A stretch of DNA of 63,934 bases, the filler included, from Trypethelium eluteriae (lineage: Eukaryota), in assembly GCA_051942245.1 (NCBI GenBank). It is 3 parts of 3 records of this genome, joined end to end, with 100 filler letters (N's around TTAATTAATTAA, not from the genome) between each part and the next. Parts side by side here need not be neighbours in the genome. Positions count along the whole stretch, not along the records: positions 1 to 21,850 come from JAVECL010000458.1; positions 21,951 to 43,779 come from JAVECL010000459.1; 1 more part is not named here. One strand, written 5' to 3'. The notes beneath the pieces are model-generated. The model ran no database searches. It worked only from the letters and a program-made list of their open reading frames with translations, and was not told the origin of the DNA. Of this stretch, positions 11,797 through 24,368 are shown piece by piece (the stretch's first letter is position 1; each line of letters begins with the position of its first letter). Made by a program: the position numbers and the translations under genes.

Positions 11797-14049
11797 ATGT
11801 CAGAACATGTTTTCCTGTGTCTGAAGTGCCGTGGCAGGGGCCATGATGTTGAGCATTGCTCAGCCGAGAATTGGCAACCTGAGCTCGATTGGTTCTTTTC
11901 GCATGCCCGAAAATCCTTTAAAGTTGGAATAGATAGTAGCAGCAGTCAAGCTATCTGCCCTCGGTGTGAAAGTCTAGACTTGGTCCAACTTCTCGAGTTA
12001 CACCCACCATGGGAGTCACAGACAGAGCTCGGCGATGCACTCCAAGTGCAGGATCCATCCTTCATTCGGAAACTGGGACTGACAGGGTCAATCCAGTTCA
12101 GAGCTGACTGTCCTGTTTGCTGTTGTCTCTTTGCCATTACGCCGAACCCGAGCTCTATCGAACAAGAAGTTTTTCTCATCCCAGATTGGACAATCAGCCG
12201 TGTGTCAGGTGAATTGGGCGTTGTCACCTTCGACAGTCCAGTGAAGCGAGATTATGCTACTTGTCTCATCTCAACGCTTCACCCAAGTTCAATCTCGTTA
12301 CCGAGGCAGATCGTTGCGCACCGTGGTGATGCCTTATGTCTGCTGGAAAGCGATGTGCTACCGCAGCGCACACTTGGCGGTCGATAGATTGCTTCCAACC
12401 AGACCAATGCCAATATGGTGCTCGACTGGGTTGAAGCATGCGTAGATCGTCATGATATATCGTGCGCTCCAATAGCAACAAAAGATCTGGAACAGGTCCG
12501 GCTTGTAGACATTGAAACTCTAAAAGTAGTGCACTTCCCTGGTCCTGACTGCGAATATGTTGCCCTGAGCTATGTCTGGGGTGATGTCTCACAAAATCGT
12601 TACGGGCTAGGAGACACGCTAAACGCGCTTCCGAAAACGCTTGAAGACGCACTTTCATTCACGAAGAAGTTGGGCAAGAGATATATCTGGATTGATTCTC
12701 TTTGCATTGATCAATCTGATGAGAATGACAAATCTGATCAAATTAATCGGATGTGGGCGATTTACCGTGGTGCATGGATAACAGTGATCGCTCTCTCTGG
12801 AACGTCGGCCAATGCTGGATTATCAAGAATGAGTCGACCAGAGGACTATGCACAGCTTCGATGTCACATTCAGGGAAAATCGATGATCAGTCTAATGCCG
12901 ACGCTATCCCAGCAGATCTGGGAGACAGCCTGGGGTAGCCGTGCATGGACTTTGCAGGAAGGCCTCCTCTCACCGCGTTGTCTCTATCTCAGTGATCATC
13001 AAATGTACTTTGACTGCTCTTCTATGCAGTGTTGCGAGTCACTCGATGATAGTAGATCCTGGGCCCACAAGCTTACTCCATCTTGTAATCCTACTGAAGA
13101 AGGTTTCGTGACCTGGATGTTAAGACAAGCTGGCGCTGGTGCGCTCCGAATCCCTCTAGACTGGCCGTCGCGGAGGCTCGAGCACTGGGGTGAGAAGCTC
13201 AATCTCTATTCCTACAGAAGCATGAGATACAATGAAGACGCTATTAGAGCATTTAATGGCGTGCTCCAACGACTGGAAACTATCTATCCAAAAGGGTTTT
13301 TCTTGGGACTTCCCGTCGAAGATTTCGATTGGGCGCTTCTCTGGCGATCCCAGTGGCCCCCGGTCCGTCGTGAAGGTTTTCCGACATGGAGCTGGGCTGG
13401 ATGGAAGGGTCCTTTATTCTTTGGTCAGCCTATCGACGTCAAAAAGACTCGTCGCATCGCTACCGAGTTGGAAATATCCGTCGCGGAATCTAAACGAATA
13501 AAGCGTATTTTCGCTGCGAAGGGCGATTCAGCTGCCGACGGCGAAGGAATTCGCATCACTATACAGAATGATCCCATTGATGTCAGTACGCAGACGGAAC
13601 CAGAGGAGCCCAATTTCCAGCTCGAAAACTATCCCGACGCTGAAGGTGGTAGCTATCTTTTTATCACTGCTATAGTCTTGCATTATCCGCTAGACTTTTC
13701 AAGACCTCAGAATCGGGTTCAACAGGGCGGCGAATATGAGACGTTCGTATTCAGAGTCAAAGATGTGCGGTGTCTGATTAGAATAACCAGCACCGATCGA
13801 TATATTCCAGGCCACTGGCTCGGAGATCGCTGGGTAATTGACCAGCAAGAGCAGAGCGTATGGACTTTGATGCTTGTTGCACGGGATCATGTTCAAGGTT
13901 TCATTTTACACCATTTGATGCTTATTAAGATACAGGAGCACAGTGGCATCGCAGAACGCGCGACGGTACTTGAGCTCCTTGTTCCACTCGATGAACTCGA
14001 TATCCTAAAGGAATTCAGACCTCAAAAGCGACGCCTCGTTCTAAGCTAA
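11797..14049 (+). CDS. HET (heterokaryon incompatibility) domain protein with N-terminal CCHC zinc knuckle, interrupted by one in-frame TAG at 12385-12387 (pseudogene or recoded gene)
   Basis: ORFs 11797-12387 and 12415-14049 are in the same frame, separated only by TAG plus 9 sense codons. HET motifs: RLVDI, YVALSYVWG, LPKTLEDA, YIWIDSLCIDQ, QINRMWAIYRGA, WGSRAWTLQEGLLSPR, FPTWSWAGW. N-terminal CLKCRGRGHDVEHC. Confidence 0.85.
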
Positions 14050-15521
14050 AGCCCTTCACTGCTCTTGAGCATTATCAAGTGCAAAAGAAGCATATGAGAG
14101 TTGCCAAAGAGAAGGAACTCTCTACAGCAAAGACAGGTATATGGATCAACTAAGAGAGGAGACAAGCCCGTGGAAAAGACCTACCTGAGCTGATGAGAGA
14201 CTACACACAAAGTGCACGCGGAAATGTAAGATGCATGCCTCGAAGCACAATCTTGATCGGACGAAGAGAAGGGCAGACAAGGAGAAGGGGGAGAAGAAGT
14301 AGGTTTAGGGAACTTCGACGGCACATTAGAGTTTGTGAGGAGAACGGAGAAATTCAAGTTACTGCTAGCGATCTTGTCCAGGATCTGCAGGAGAGATAAT
14401 ACCTATTCTCTAAGCCTACTTAAGTACCTCTCAGTATCCGGTTTCCTCTGTTAAATTCTATTTAAGTAGTAAAGCCATCTTTAAGGTTCAGAACCAAGCT
14501 AATCCGTCTAAAGGCAATATTCACTATTCGAACTTTCTCAACGGTATGACCTTACTGTACTTAGTGGATAGAAATTGTATGGAAATGATTAGAGTTTTGG
14601 CGTCCTCATACAGATGCTTATACGTCTCGCTGTAGACAATATATACACAGAAAACCTCTTGGTTTGGCCACCGCAAGCTGGCTGATGGGCCTCAATTAAT
14701 TCCCTTTTTTCCCTGATTGTGCTATGCACTTGGAACGGGGCGGTAAGAACCAATACGTGAGCTGCGCAAGACTCGTAAATTCACGATAGCTTGTCGTGTA
14801 AATTAGTGTTTTATCTGATATAAGCCCCTAATAAAAGTACGCCATGCACTTATACTGGAGGGGACTGTTTTATCTAGCTAAAACTTCCCTACTCCAGGGC
14901 ACCTGTTTGCCTACGATAGAAAAGCGAATTTTCGGGAAGTAGGTGGGTTTTGAGTCAATAGATGCTAGGCACCAGGTACACGAGGCATTTAATTTTGCTC
15001 GTAGTTTCAACGTAAAGTTTGTTCCTGCAGAGATTTCTGGCGTATAGTGCCATTGACTGTCTCATTCACTGGATGTCTACCATGATATATAGCAAACCGA
15101 CAAGTAAGTAAAGCTCACAAATGCTGAACGAACGAGAGTCTCTCAATACTTTCGATCGAGTGAATGTTGATAGGGTTCTGCTAAGCTGTACTGATCTTGC
15201 TTCTCACACTCTATTTCTAGGAGAACTGGCTGCTCCCTCTTTCGCTTCCTGATACTGCACTATATTCTCCTGTCTTCCTGATGTTCGCCACTACTTCTCC
15301 TCCCATTTTCATCTCACAGTAGCTCCATACAATCATGATCCCTTTTGGAAGAACTAACAGGCGATTTTAGATACTAATTAAGCAGATCTTCTGAACGTTC
15401 TTATCTTGACAAGGTACTGCTGTCTATAGATGAGAATGGTAACCCAGGTTTGCTTCTTAAATATGCATTTGGACGTCTCTGTTCCTTTTATTCCAGAATT
15501 GGAACGTGATCTTTGTGTTGC

Positions 15522-16706
15522 TTAATTCTGAGATACCGCACTCGCGCCTGGGATGAAAACGACCAAGACGGTAGAATACCTGAGCTTGTTGTGTTATTGC
15601 AGCTAATTCCGAGATCATATCTCCGAAGACGACCCAACAGGGGAAAAGAGAGTGGAAAACGTACGTTGCCCCCGCGAGAAAGATTTCAGTTGAGCTGGCT
15701 TTGCCCAATCCTGACAGGATGGCAAGAAAGGTGCTTGTGGATATGGCAATTGTGATCACCCGAGGGACAGTAGTAGAAAAGACATTGCAAATGATTACGG
15801 GAATCAAAAGTAAAAGGAGTACAATGATTAGCAAAAAAGTTTGAGCCACCAGTGCGGTCAAAGGTCCAGAAAACTGATGTATCTTCGGGTCCCTTGATAT
15901 CGGGAGCTGCCAGTCCTGGATTTGTATTTAGTGGCTTGTATGTGTCAGGAAACTTTGAAAGATGGCATACCATCTCAAGTATTTTGCAGAGCCAGATCAA
16001 CAGATCTTCACCCAATGATACGAGTCTATCTATCCCGCTGTCCCTTATAGAATTCAGACACATAAGGTCATTACCTTTTAAGAGGTACGCTGTCTCGTCA
16101 CGAGAGAGGCACCAATTAGCGTTTAGCCAGTGTTGAAGATTGGCAATGCCTCGAGTTGGAGCGGACTCATAGCCTAGTATTCGACTATTTCTCTCCACAA
16201 GAGCGTCTTCACCCACTGTTACGAAGGTTCGTGCGCACGATATCTTGCAAGAGCTGTAACGTACCATACTCGGCTAACGCCATATCAATTTCCGTCATTA
16301 CACGGGCGCGTTGGACGTTTCTATCGTCACGTAGACTTCCAAGGAAGAGTGGTGAATGCTCTTCGTTATCAATATGTTCCAATTGCTTCTCGAGAACAGA
16401 GATCCCATCTTGTTTTGCGAGTAGCACACGCGCGCGAAGTACGCCAAAACGGCGGCATATATGGAGAGAACCATCCACAGAGATAAGACCCGCGTATCGA
16501 GGGTATCCATTTCGGTAATCCTCAACTAGCAGGCTCTAGGAGGTAAGCTTATTTAACAGATGTGAGGCAAACGTACCGTTGCTTTCTTGCACTTCATGAG
16601 TGTGAATTCTATTGGCCCTAGAGGCCCGGTCCTTCAAAAGCTGTATTATCTTTCGCAACTGATATGCTAATCCACTTTTGCGGCGACGGATTTGAGAATC
16701 TTCCAT
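15522..16706 (-). CDS. DUF6594-like fungal membrane protein, 5 exons
   Basis: Spliced reading gives VEDYRNGYPRYAGLISVDGSLHICRRFGVLRARVLLAKQDGISVLEKQLEHID ... LAEYDAL ... NLQHWL ... three C-terminal hydrophobic segments ending EIFLAGATYSTVLVVFIPG. The GYP..RRF..L..R.LL..Q and AY.AVLVVF-type motifs are typical of this family. GTACG/GTATG-AG introns are consistent in frame. Confidence 0.8.
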
Positions 16707-16965
16707 GTTGGTATCTGAAGTCTAACTTCAAGCGACTGATAATGACTGACCGAGAGTCAACCTCTGTCGAGTCTTTCTTGCTATCATCCCATACAAAGTG
16801 ACCTCGCCTTACACCCAGCTGGGCTAGTGATATGGGCGCGCTGACTCAGCAAAACTTTCCTCGGCTCAACATCGGCTCAACTCGGCCCAGGCTTGCACCG
16901 CCACTATCTACGCTCTACTTAGCCGCACTCAGTCACGCTTAAACGTCGTCCAGGCTTAATCGACC

Positions 16966-18566
16966 ATGCTCACGACCTACGCAGTTTCACTTTGTATCCC
17001 AATTCTGGGCACCATCTTCTCTTAAAACACCATTAACAAAGTATTTTTAAGTTTACGCGACTATTGTGGGGGTCCCGAAATTGGAACCCCCAAGACTGGA
17101 TGAAGCCACGAATCATGTTGGAAGCTCCCTGGCCTACCCTTCAATTCGCTCTGGAGGCTCGGTGCTCCCACATACTCCCTCCACTCTCGTGGAAATTTTA
17201 CTCCCTACCTCACTTCTCATAAATAGCACATCTGCGAGCCGATTCAGATCTGTCCTGAAATCTACACTGGAATGTCCCGCCGCTACAATAGAAGTGAAGA
17301 GGCTGACAAGAGCGATGTCAAGAAGGAATACTTCTTGATTCGTGACTTCGAACATTTGATGGACAACGTCATGGCGTCTCAAGGGGCTTTTCAGATGCTG
17401 GAGCCATGTTAGATATGCAAAAATCCGAACTCGTGGGTATGCTACATGCCTTACTCGACACAAGTTAGTCGATCGTTCCGTCGCAACGCTGGCTGAGAAC
17501 ACAGAAATATTCATTTATCAGCCCTCAGAGATTGGTAATCGTGCATACGCGGATATAAGACATTAAGCAGAGTTGAAGATCAACACTATAGGGACTGGTC
17601 TGGCTGCCGGCGTTAGAGGAATTATTGGGTTGGCAATCGTAGCGGTTTTGAGCGCTTTGATCGGCATTCCAGCGTTGGGACTGGTAGTTCTGGAATCGGA
17701 GACGATAGTAGGAATAGGAACACTATTCTCAATGACGCTAACAATCTCCATCAAAGGGTTGCCGGAATTATTGACAGATGGAAAAAAGAGAAGGCCGCCG
17801 AGAACGAATATCCAGCCATAGTGTATGCACTCCGAGCATTCTACAATGGGTCCGACAGTTATGACCCGATCATACGAAATTCCACGCAGCTGTTCGATGC
17901 ATTTGTCCACGCTTACTATCCACTAATAGTAGGCGATCTGTGGCGGTCGCAAGTGGACCATATTATGTGCATTGCTGCCGATCATTGCGAAAGTCCCACG
18001 AACTTTGGAAAAGATTTTCGGAACGTGTTATGTGTCGATGGCCTAAAGTGCAGCGCGCAAGCGTACGTTGGTGAAGACAGATTTTACTTTCTACCAGGGA
18101 TGCTATAACAAACGAACAATGAATCGGAGACTAACTGAACGAAGCCAAAAAGCGGGCAGAGATATAAATACGGGGACGAAAATTCGGTCAGTTCAAGGCG
18201 TTCGTGCTAAATGTGCTACTTCGCAACTACGCACTGAACAATACGGCATCGCGTGCGAACGTGACTATGCCAGATGGATCTAAGACTGGAAGCTGGCCTG
18301 AGTATGCACTCTACCTCCTAGTGTTCCTTGAAAATCACCTTTCGAATCCACAAGGAATCCCCTGCACCGCGGAGAGTGAAACTGACAGCTGGTACGGAGA
18401 GCGTACGTACGAGATGATGAGACACATACAGCGGTTTTCCAAAATGGTGCAATTTGGCTCAAGCGCACACCCTTACTACAGCTGCACCAAAAGCAGCAAA
18501 TTTGGTGCACAAATCCTTACGACTATTGCACAACTCCAATCCTACTCTTGCACGTGCAGTTCCTGA
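16966..18566 (+). pseudogene. Possible decayed gene for a secreted or membrane protein (fragments with stops and frameshifts)
   Basis: Signal-peptide-like start MLTTYAVSLCIPILGTIFS* followed by protein-like fragments in changing frames (hydrophobic GIIGLAIVAVLSALIGIPALGLVVL; Cys-containing HIMCIAADHC...LCVDGLKC). No family recognised. Confidence 0.3.
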
Positions 18567-19089
18567 CTCCACTGAGATTGAGGTGAATGAAATGTGAACG
18601 GAAAAACCTTTCACTCAGCCGGATAAAAGGTAGTCTGATTTTGAGAATTCTCTTCCTATCTCTTTCCACATACCTCTTCCAGCCTTTCTCTCTTATCATC
18701 TCTTTATCAATTTACATCAATTTTCCATCAAAATTGTTACACAAACTACTCAGCTGCTGTATATTTGGAAAAAAAAAAGACTCAATTTTGATGAAAAGGT
18801 GATAGAAAGGTGTGAAGTTGATAAAAGAGAATGAGTTGGAAGTAAAGCAAAGTGGAAATCAATTAGGGGTATGTTAGGTAAATTACACACAAGCCATCTT
18901 GTCATGATTACGCAGACCTTACCTTTCTAGGTAAGATCCCTTTTCCCAAGCTAACATCCAGTCCCATGTTTACATCGGCAAGGGATAGAAACTACCTAGG
19001 GATTTCTGGATAAGACGGAGGATAAGCTTGGGCCAATTCGCACCACTTTAGCAAACCACTGTATGCAGCGATGCCGACGAAATGCGATG

Positions 19090-19370
19090 CGAGTCCGGGG
19101 ACTTCACCCGGAGACACTGCTTGGACCGCGTGGCTGGACGGGTCGGCACCCCGGCGGAGAAGTATATACAAATGGTCTAGATCTACACCGACCATCCTGC
19201 TCTAGTCGCCTCGACCGACGGGCAACGTTTTTCCTTGTCTCGATCCAACTGAATGGACACGGCTCGGTAGCACCTCACCCGCTGGCTGAGCGGTCGGCTA
19301 GTTCTACCCCGCACATATTATTCCGGGGCACTGACCCTAGGTAATTCTGCCGAATGGAACCTGGGGTAGT
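19090..19370 (+). promoter_or_regulatory. Candidate AmyR/MalR-type and CreA sites upstream of the permease
   Basis: CGG-N8-CGG at 19144-19157. SYGGRG matches at 19095-19100 and 19361-19366, and reverse at 19307-19312. Short motifs; function inferred from the downstream gene. Confidence 0.35.
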
Positions 19371-19491
19371 TACTTATGCAAAGCGTAGGTAGAAATCGGC
19401 AGCGTCCCCCTGTCACCTTCACATCTGTTCCTCTTTCCTTGTCACCTACTCGAATACTGTACGTTACTCATCCAGGCAAACACCAGCCAAC

Positions 19492-21339
19492 ATGAGTTAC
19501 CCAGTCGATTCCAAGTCAGAGGGCGGCCTCGAAAAAGTCGAGGTCGAGGGCCAAATGGATCATGCTTACGACCTTGACGAGAAAGCCCACATCGCCGACT
19601 ACAAGGCAGATGCAATCGAGGCAGAGAATGCGGAGCACGCCATGACGGTGATGCAAGCTGTTCGAGCGTATCCTATGGCATCCTTTTGGGCGTTTGTCAT
19701 GTCCTTCACTATCGTAAGCTGCTTAACCCCATTTCCCCTTATCCTTTCCCCCAGCGAAGGACCGAGCCAACACCATCTCTAGATTATGGAGTCCTACGAT
19801 GTCTTCCTCATTGGCAATTTCGTCGCCCTGCCGGCGTTCGTCAACAAATACGGTATCACCGACCCTAGTAACGGCAAATTGGTCATCGCGACCAAATGGC
19901 AGTCTGCGCTTCAAGTGTCTGGACAGCTCGGTGCACTTATCGGTGTCTTCCTCGCTGGCCCTCTCACCAGTCGTATTGGATACCGTTACGCAACCTTGAC
20001 CGCCCTGATGCTCTTGAACGTCTTCATCTTCGCGTTCTATTTTGCCGACTCGCTTCCGGTGACTTTCGTGGCCCAGCTTCTGGAAGGCTTGCCATGGGGC
20101 ATCTTCATTGCCAACGCCCCGGCATACTGTAGCGAGATCGTTCCGATCAAGCTGCGAGCCCCTGCTACCCAGATGTTGCAGATGTTCTGGGCGATTGGCA
20201 GTATCATTGTTGGTGCCGTCACATACCGTTATAACGGTCTAGACACCGAGAACGCCTACAAGTACGTACTCGTAACGCGCATTACAAGCAGATCCTCGTT
20301 GACGAAGGACAATTAGGATTCCTATTGCCCTTCAATGGATGTTCCCTACCCCGCTCGCTATCCTCGTCTTTTGTGCACCTGAGTCGCCTTGGTGGCTAGT
20401 TCGAAAGGGGAAATTCGAAGCTGCAGCACATGCGGTCGAGCGCCTTGGACGCAGGTCTGTCGTGAACTCGAAAGAGGCTGTTGCCATGATGCGCCGTACG
20501 GTTGAGCTCGAGAAAACCGAAAAGCAGCCCAGCCTTCTGGAACTGTTCAAAGGCACTGACCTCTACCGCACACTTATCGTTTGCGGTGTATACGCGGCGC
20601 AAAATCTTACGGGTAACCTTATCGCCAATCAGGCTGTGTATTTCTTCACGCGTGAGTAATTGTTATCGCTATTCAAGGGTGATGTATGCGCTAATACAAA
20701 CGCAGAGGCCGGCGTTGGGACGAATACTGCATTCGCCTTAGGTCTTATCACCTCGGCTTTACAGATGATCTTCGTCATGCTGTCTTGGATCCTCACCTCG
20801 TACTTTGGCCGACGTTCTATTTACCTCTGGGGCTCGGCCGTCAACACCATCCTACTGGTCGCCCTTGGTGTTGCAGGCTCTGTTGCCTACTCGCACTCAT
20901 CCCAGTTAGCACAGGCTTCTCTGGGCCTTATTGTCTCCGTCTTATTCACCTTGGGACCTGCGCCCGCCTCGTGGGTCATTATTGGAGAAACATCGGCCAT
21001 CCGCCTCCGGCCTCTAACGACTGGTATTGGACGCGCTACGTACTACATCGTCGAGATTCCTTGCATCTTCCTAGCAAGTTATATGCTCAATCCGACGGTA
21101 GGACTCTTCTCCCTTTGTTACCTGCGGTGACGATTGCTGACACAGTATAGGGTGGAAATCTTGCCGGCAAATGCGGCTATGTCTGGGGCGCTACCGGTTT
21201 GTGCTGCTTAATAACGGCATACTTCTTCTTGCCTGAGATGAAGGGTCGGTCCTACCGCGAAATCGACATATTGTTCAATCGTCACGTCCCGGCTCGCAAG
21301 TGGAAAGAAACGGAGGTCGATATGCAGGCAGATGAGTAG
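19492..21339 (+). CDS. MFS sugar porter, maltose/alpha-glucoside permease-like, 5 exons
   Basis: AVRAYPMASFWAF, IMESYD, WQSALQ, RIGYR, AYCSEIVPIKLRA, PESPWWLVRKG, FGRRSIYLWG, GETSAIRLR, PEMKGRSYREIDILF..VPARKW. Stop TAG at 21337-21339. Confidence 0.92.
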
Positions 21340-21850
21340 ATGGAGATATTGTCAGGAAGGTAGTGGTAGGACGTGAGTAAGAGCGATACCTCGGTGGGTG
21401 AGTACCGAAGCACATGATGCCGGCTGCATTCCCGGGTATTTGGGCATGTATCTATGCATTTCAATAACAGCAAATTTTGTACATACAACAAATGAGTGCA
21501 GCGCGCCTTCTCTTCCAGCAGATGCTTCGAGCACAGAGCATCTACGAGCCGTGTCTATTGAAAAGCAAGGAAAAATAGAGATAGAGAAAAGAGAAGCGTA
21601 GAGGCCAACATCGTCATTCATCTTGGCTGACCACGCGAGAGACGCGTCTGGCACCACTACCGCCTAGCTAGCGCAGCTCCCTGTACGAAGAGCCGAGCAG
21701 CTCAATATGACTTACGGGTCTCTCCCGTCAGTCGCCCGCGCCCACCACTCGCCCGCCTCAATTCAGTTCTACCACCTTAGCTTTGACGTCAAATATCTCA
21801 ACACCTAGAGTAGCTAGAATAATATAAATTATACTAGGAAGTGTATTCTA

Positions 21851-21950
21851 NNNNNNNNNNNNNNNNNNNNNNNNNNNNNNNNNNNNNNNNNNNNTTAATT
21901 AATTAANNNNNNNNNNNNNNNNNNNNNNNNNNNNNNNNNNNNNNNNNNNN
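21851..21950. other. Artificial contig spacer (N44-TTAATTAATTAA-N44)
   Basis: Exactly 100 bp with a six-frame-stop 12-mer in the centre; identical to the spacer at 43780. Confidence 0.98.
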
Positions 21951-24368
21951 CCCCTCCCCTTCACACTCGCGCCCAAACCCGTTCCCAACCCTACTCCTAC
22001 CCCAAGTCCCAACCCAGGCTCCGTCGACGCCTTCTGCGGCGGCTCAAACGACGGCATCCGCTGCAAGATGCCTGGACTTGGCGTTCGCGGCTTAGGGATC
22101 GGAGGGGGCGCCATGCTCGAGGTCGAAGACGCAGAGGCCGGAGACTCGGGCCAGTTGCCGCCGCCGCCGCCGCTGCTGAGACGAGGTGAGGGTTTGCGGA
22201 TTGGGAGGGTGGTAAGAGGTGCCGGTGCGGGTGTGGGGTAGGTGGTTGGGAGGGAGGCGGTGCGAGTGGAGGAGGCGGACCAAGTGGGCTTGGGGAATGA
22301 GGCGAGTAGAGAGGTTGGAGGAGTGGTTGTGATGGATGAAGGAGGAGGAGGAATGCTGTTGGTGGGGTTAGTGATTATCGTCGGAGGAGCGGTTTGCGGT
22401 TCGTCTGGGGAGGTCTGGAGAGAGGGGGATTTGGAGGGGATGAGTGGTTTGCGCGAGATGGTGTTTGTGCGGGAGCGGGTCCGGATTTCACCGGTGGAGG
22501 AGGTGGTAATGGAGGTTTCGGTAGGAACGGCTTTTCGTTTAGGTATAGCATAGGTAGGTTCTGCATGCGATTTGCCGATGTCCTTTTCTAGCAGAGCGCT
22601 ATCCGTCATATCTGCAAAAGGATTGGCACCGCTGCAGGGTGGCCGCGGAGCGAATCCATCAGTAGTTCTAGCATAGCTGGTCGGGGAACAGTCGACCAGA
22701 GCCTGTCCATCCTGTATGATGGTGGAATATCTAGGAGGTATCTCCACTGCCGGAGCAGGTCTCCGCTTGATAGCCAAGTCTGGGGGCTGGCCCATTGTCC
22801 CGGACTGCTGCTCGGTAAATGCGCGGCGGGGGGGCAAGGGAGGGGCATCTCCGATCTCATTGTCTAGAAGGATGATTCCATTGGTTTGGCTTTCATCCTC
22901 TTTAATTTGGTCTCCTGACTCAGAGTGCTGTAGGTCTAAAGGATCTTCGTATTCATGCACGTTTTCAGGTTCTCTCAGGTCTTTCCGAAAGGCGGCTTGC
23001 TCGATCCTGCAGGCACCCCCCAACTCACCCTCCCAGGACTGGATTGCCGCCTCGAGATATCGGCTTACGAGGGAGGAGATCTTCATGTCCTCTAATTGGT
23101 CTGGCCCACACAAGAGTGTTGGAGCGAAGCAGATTGCCAAATTAAGAGCAGTCATCTGATTGTCGTCCTTATGAACTTCTATCTGAGCAAGAAGTGGTAA
23201 AAGATGGCGTGTTAAAATGACCCGAGATATTACAGGTAGTGGTGAGACCTCGGCGGTTGGTGAAGTGACCACGACCAGATCAGAAAGCTCGACTTCTAAT
23301 TCCCGGTCGCCAAACATTCGACGAATTTCTGGGTAACTGGTTTGTGGAAATATTGGCTGTCGAAGCTCTCGGTACCAGGATTTGATAAGGCCGGTTGCAA
23401 TTGCAACTCCGTAGGCGTCGATTTGGTCAACTTCGGCGACGGCTTCTTCCACGCCTTCTCCAGAATGAGCTTGTGGGACGGGGAGCGCCTCACCAGCTTC
23501 CTTCCAGACGATAAAGCGTTGACTTCGATCGTAAGCTTCCCGGAGGACTTCGTTGAGTTTGGCGTGAGGCGGAATTCTGAAGATGCCTTCTTGCTTTATA
23601 TTACCCGAGAGCAGCACAAAGCTCGTCGTCTCGCGCAGTACGCGGGGTAGCCTCGTTCGACCGTCCATTGATTTCGGAAGAGGATGCCGTGCAGAGAAGG
23701 CTCTGCGACCTGTGACGTACGGAACATGGATATCAGGAGAGAGACGACGGTCGTACAAGTAAGCCGAAGGTGGGATGAGTAATTCCTCAACTGGCAAGTG
23801 CAGCGCCAGAGCGCTAAGCGTAGAAACTATAAAGTATTTAGCATCCTTATTTCCATGAACCAAGGGGATCACTCGTACCATGAACAACCTTCTTCCTGAA
23901 CTTCGGGCTAACAACGGTTGAGAACATCTCAACCAACACCCTGACCCAACTCTTCTCATGAACAATGTAGAGCCTCTGTATCCTCTTCCTCATTGCCCGT
24001 GACAGGACGTTGTAAGCCTGAATAAACCACGCCCATGACGGTCTCCCAGACTTCCTAGTCGCTGAACCCTCTCCTCCTCCTGCAAAGAAGACGACCTCAT
24101 ATTCAGTACCACTTATGAGTTCATCTTCCCCTGGTAGACGAGCCAGTACGTATGGCAACAGAGCATCGTAGTCTACGTCATTTGTATCTGGAAAGGCGGC
24201 GGCGTTCAGTAGGTAAATGGCGTAACCCGCTTTCGAGGGTAACGGGGATCGGTAGAGAATTCGGCGGGCAATTCTGGCGAGATCTTGAGAATAATCCGAG
24301 GAGGACTGGGGAGGCGGAACGGCGCTAATGGATTTGTTTCGAATCCGTGAAGCAAATGTGGAGCGCAT
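21951..24368 (-). CDS. CRAL-TRIO(BCH)-RhoGAP protein (Ecm25/ARHGAP1-like), 3' end lost in the gap
   Basis: Exon 1 carries LSRAMRKRIQRLYIVHEKSWVR..VSPKFRKKVVH (BCH/Sec14-like). Exon 2 carries the arginine finger EGIFRIPP, IKSWYRELRQPIF and NQMTALNLAICFAPTL, then a Pro/Ser/Thr-rich tail running into the N spacer. Probable ATG at 24368. Confidence 0.9.

Noticed and set aside
21895..21906. TTAATTAATTAA palindrome, repeated at 43824-43835
   Set aside because: Centred in N runs of identical length; a six-frame-stop assembly linker, not biology.
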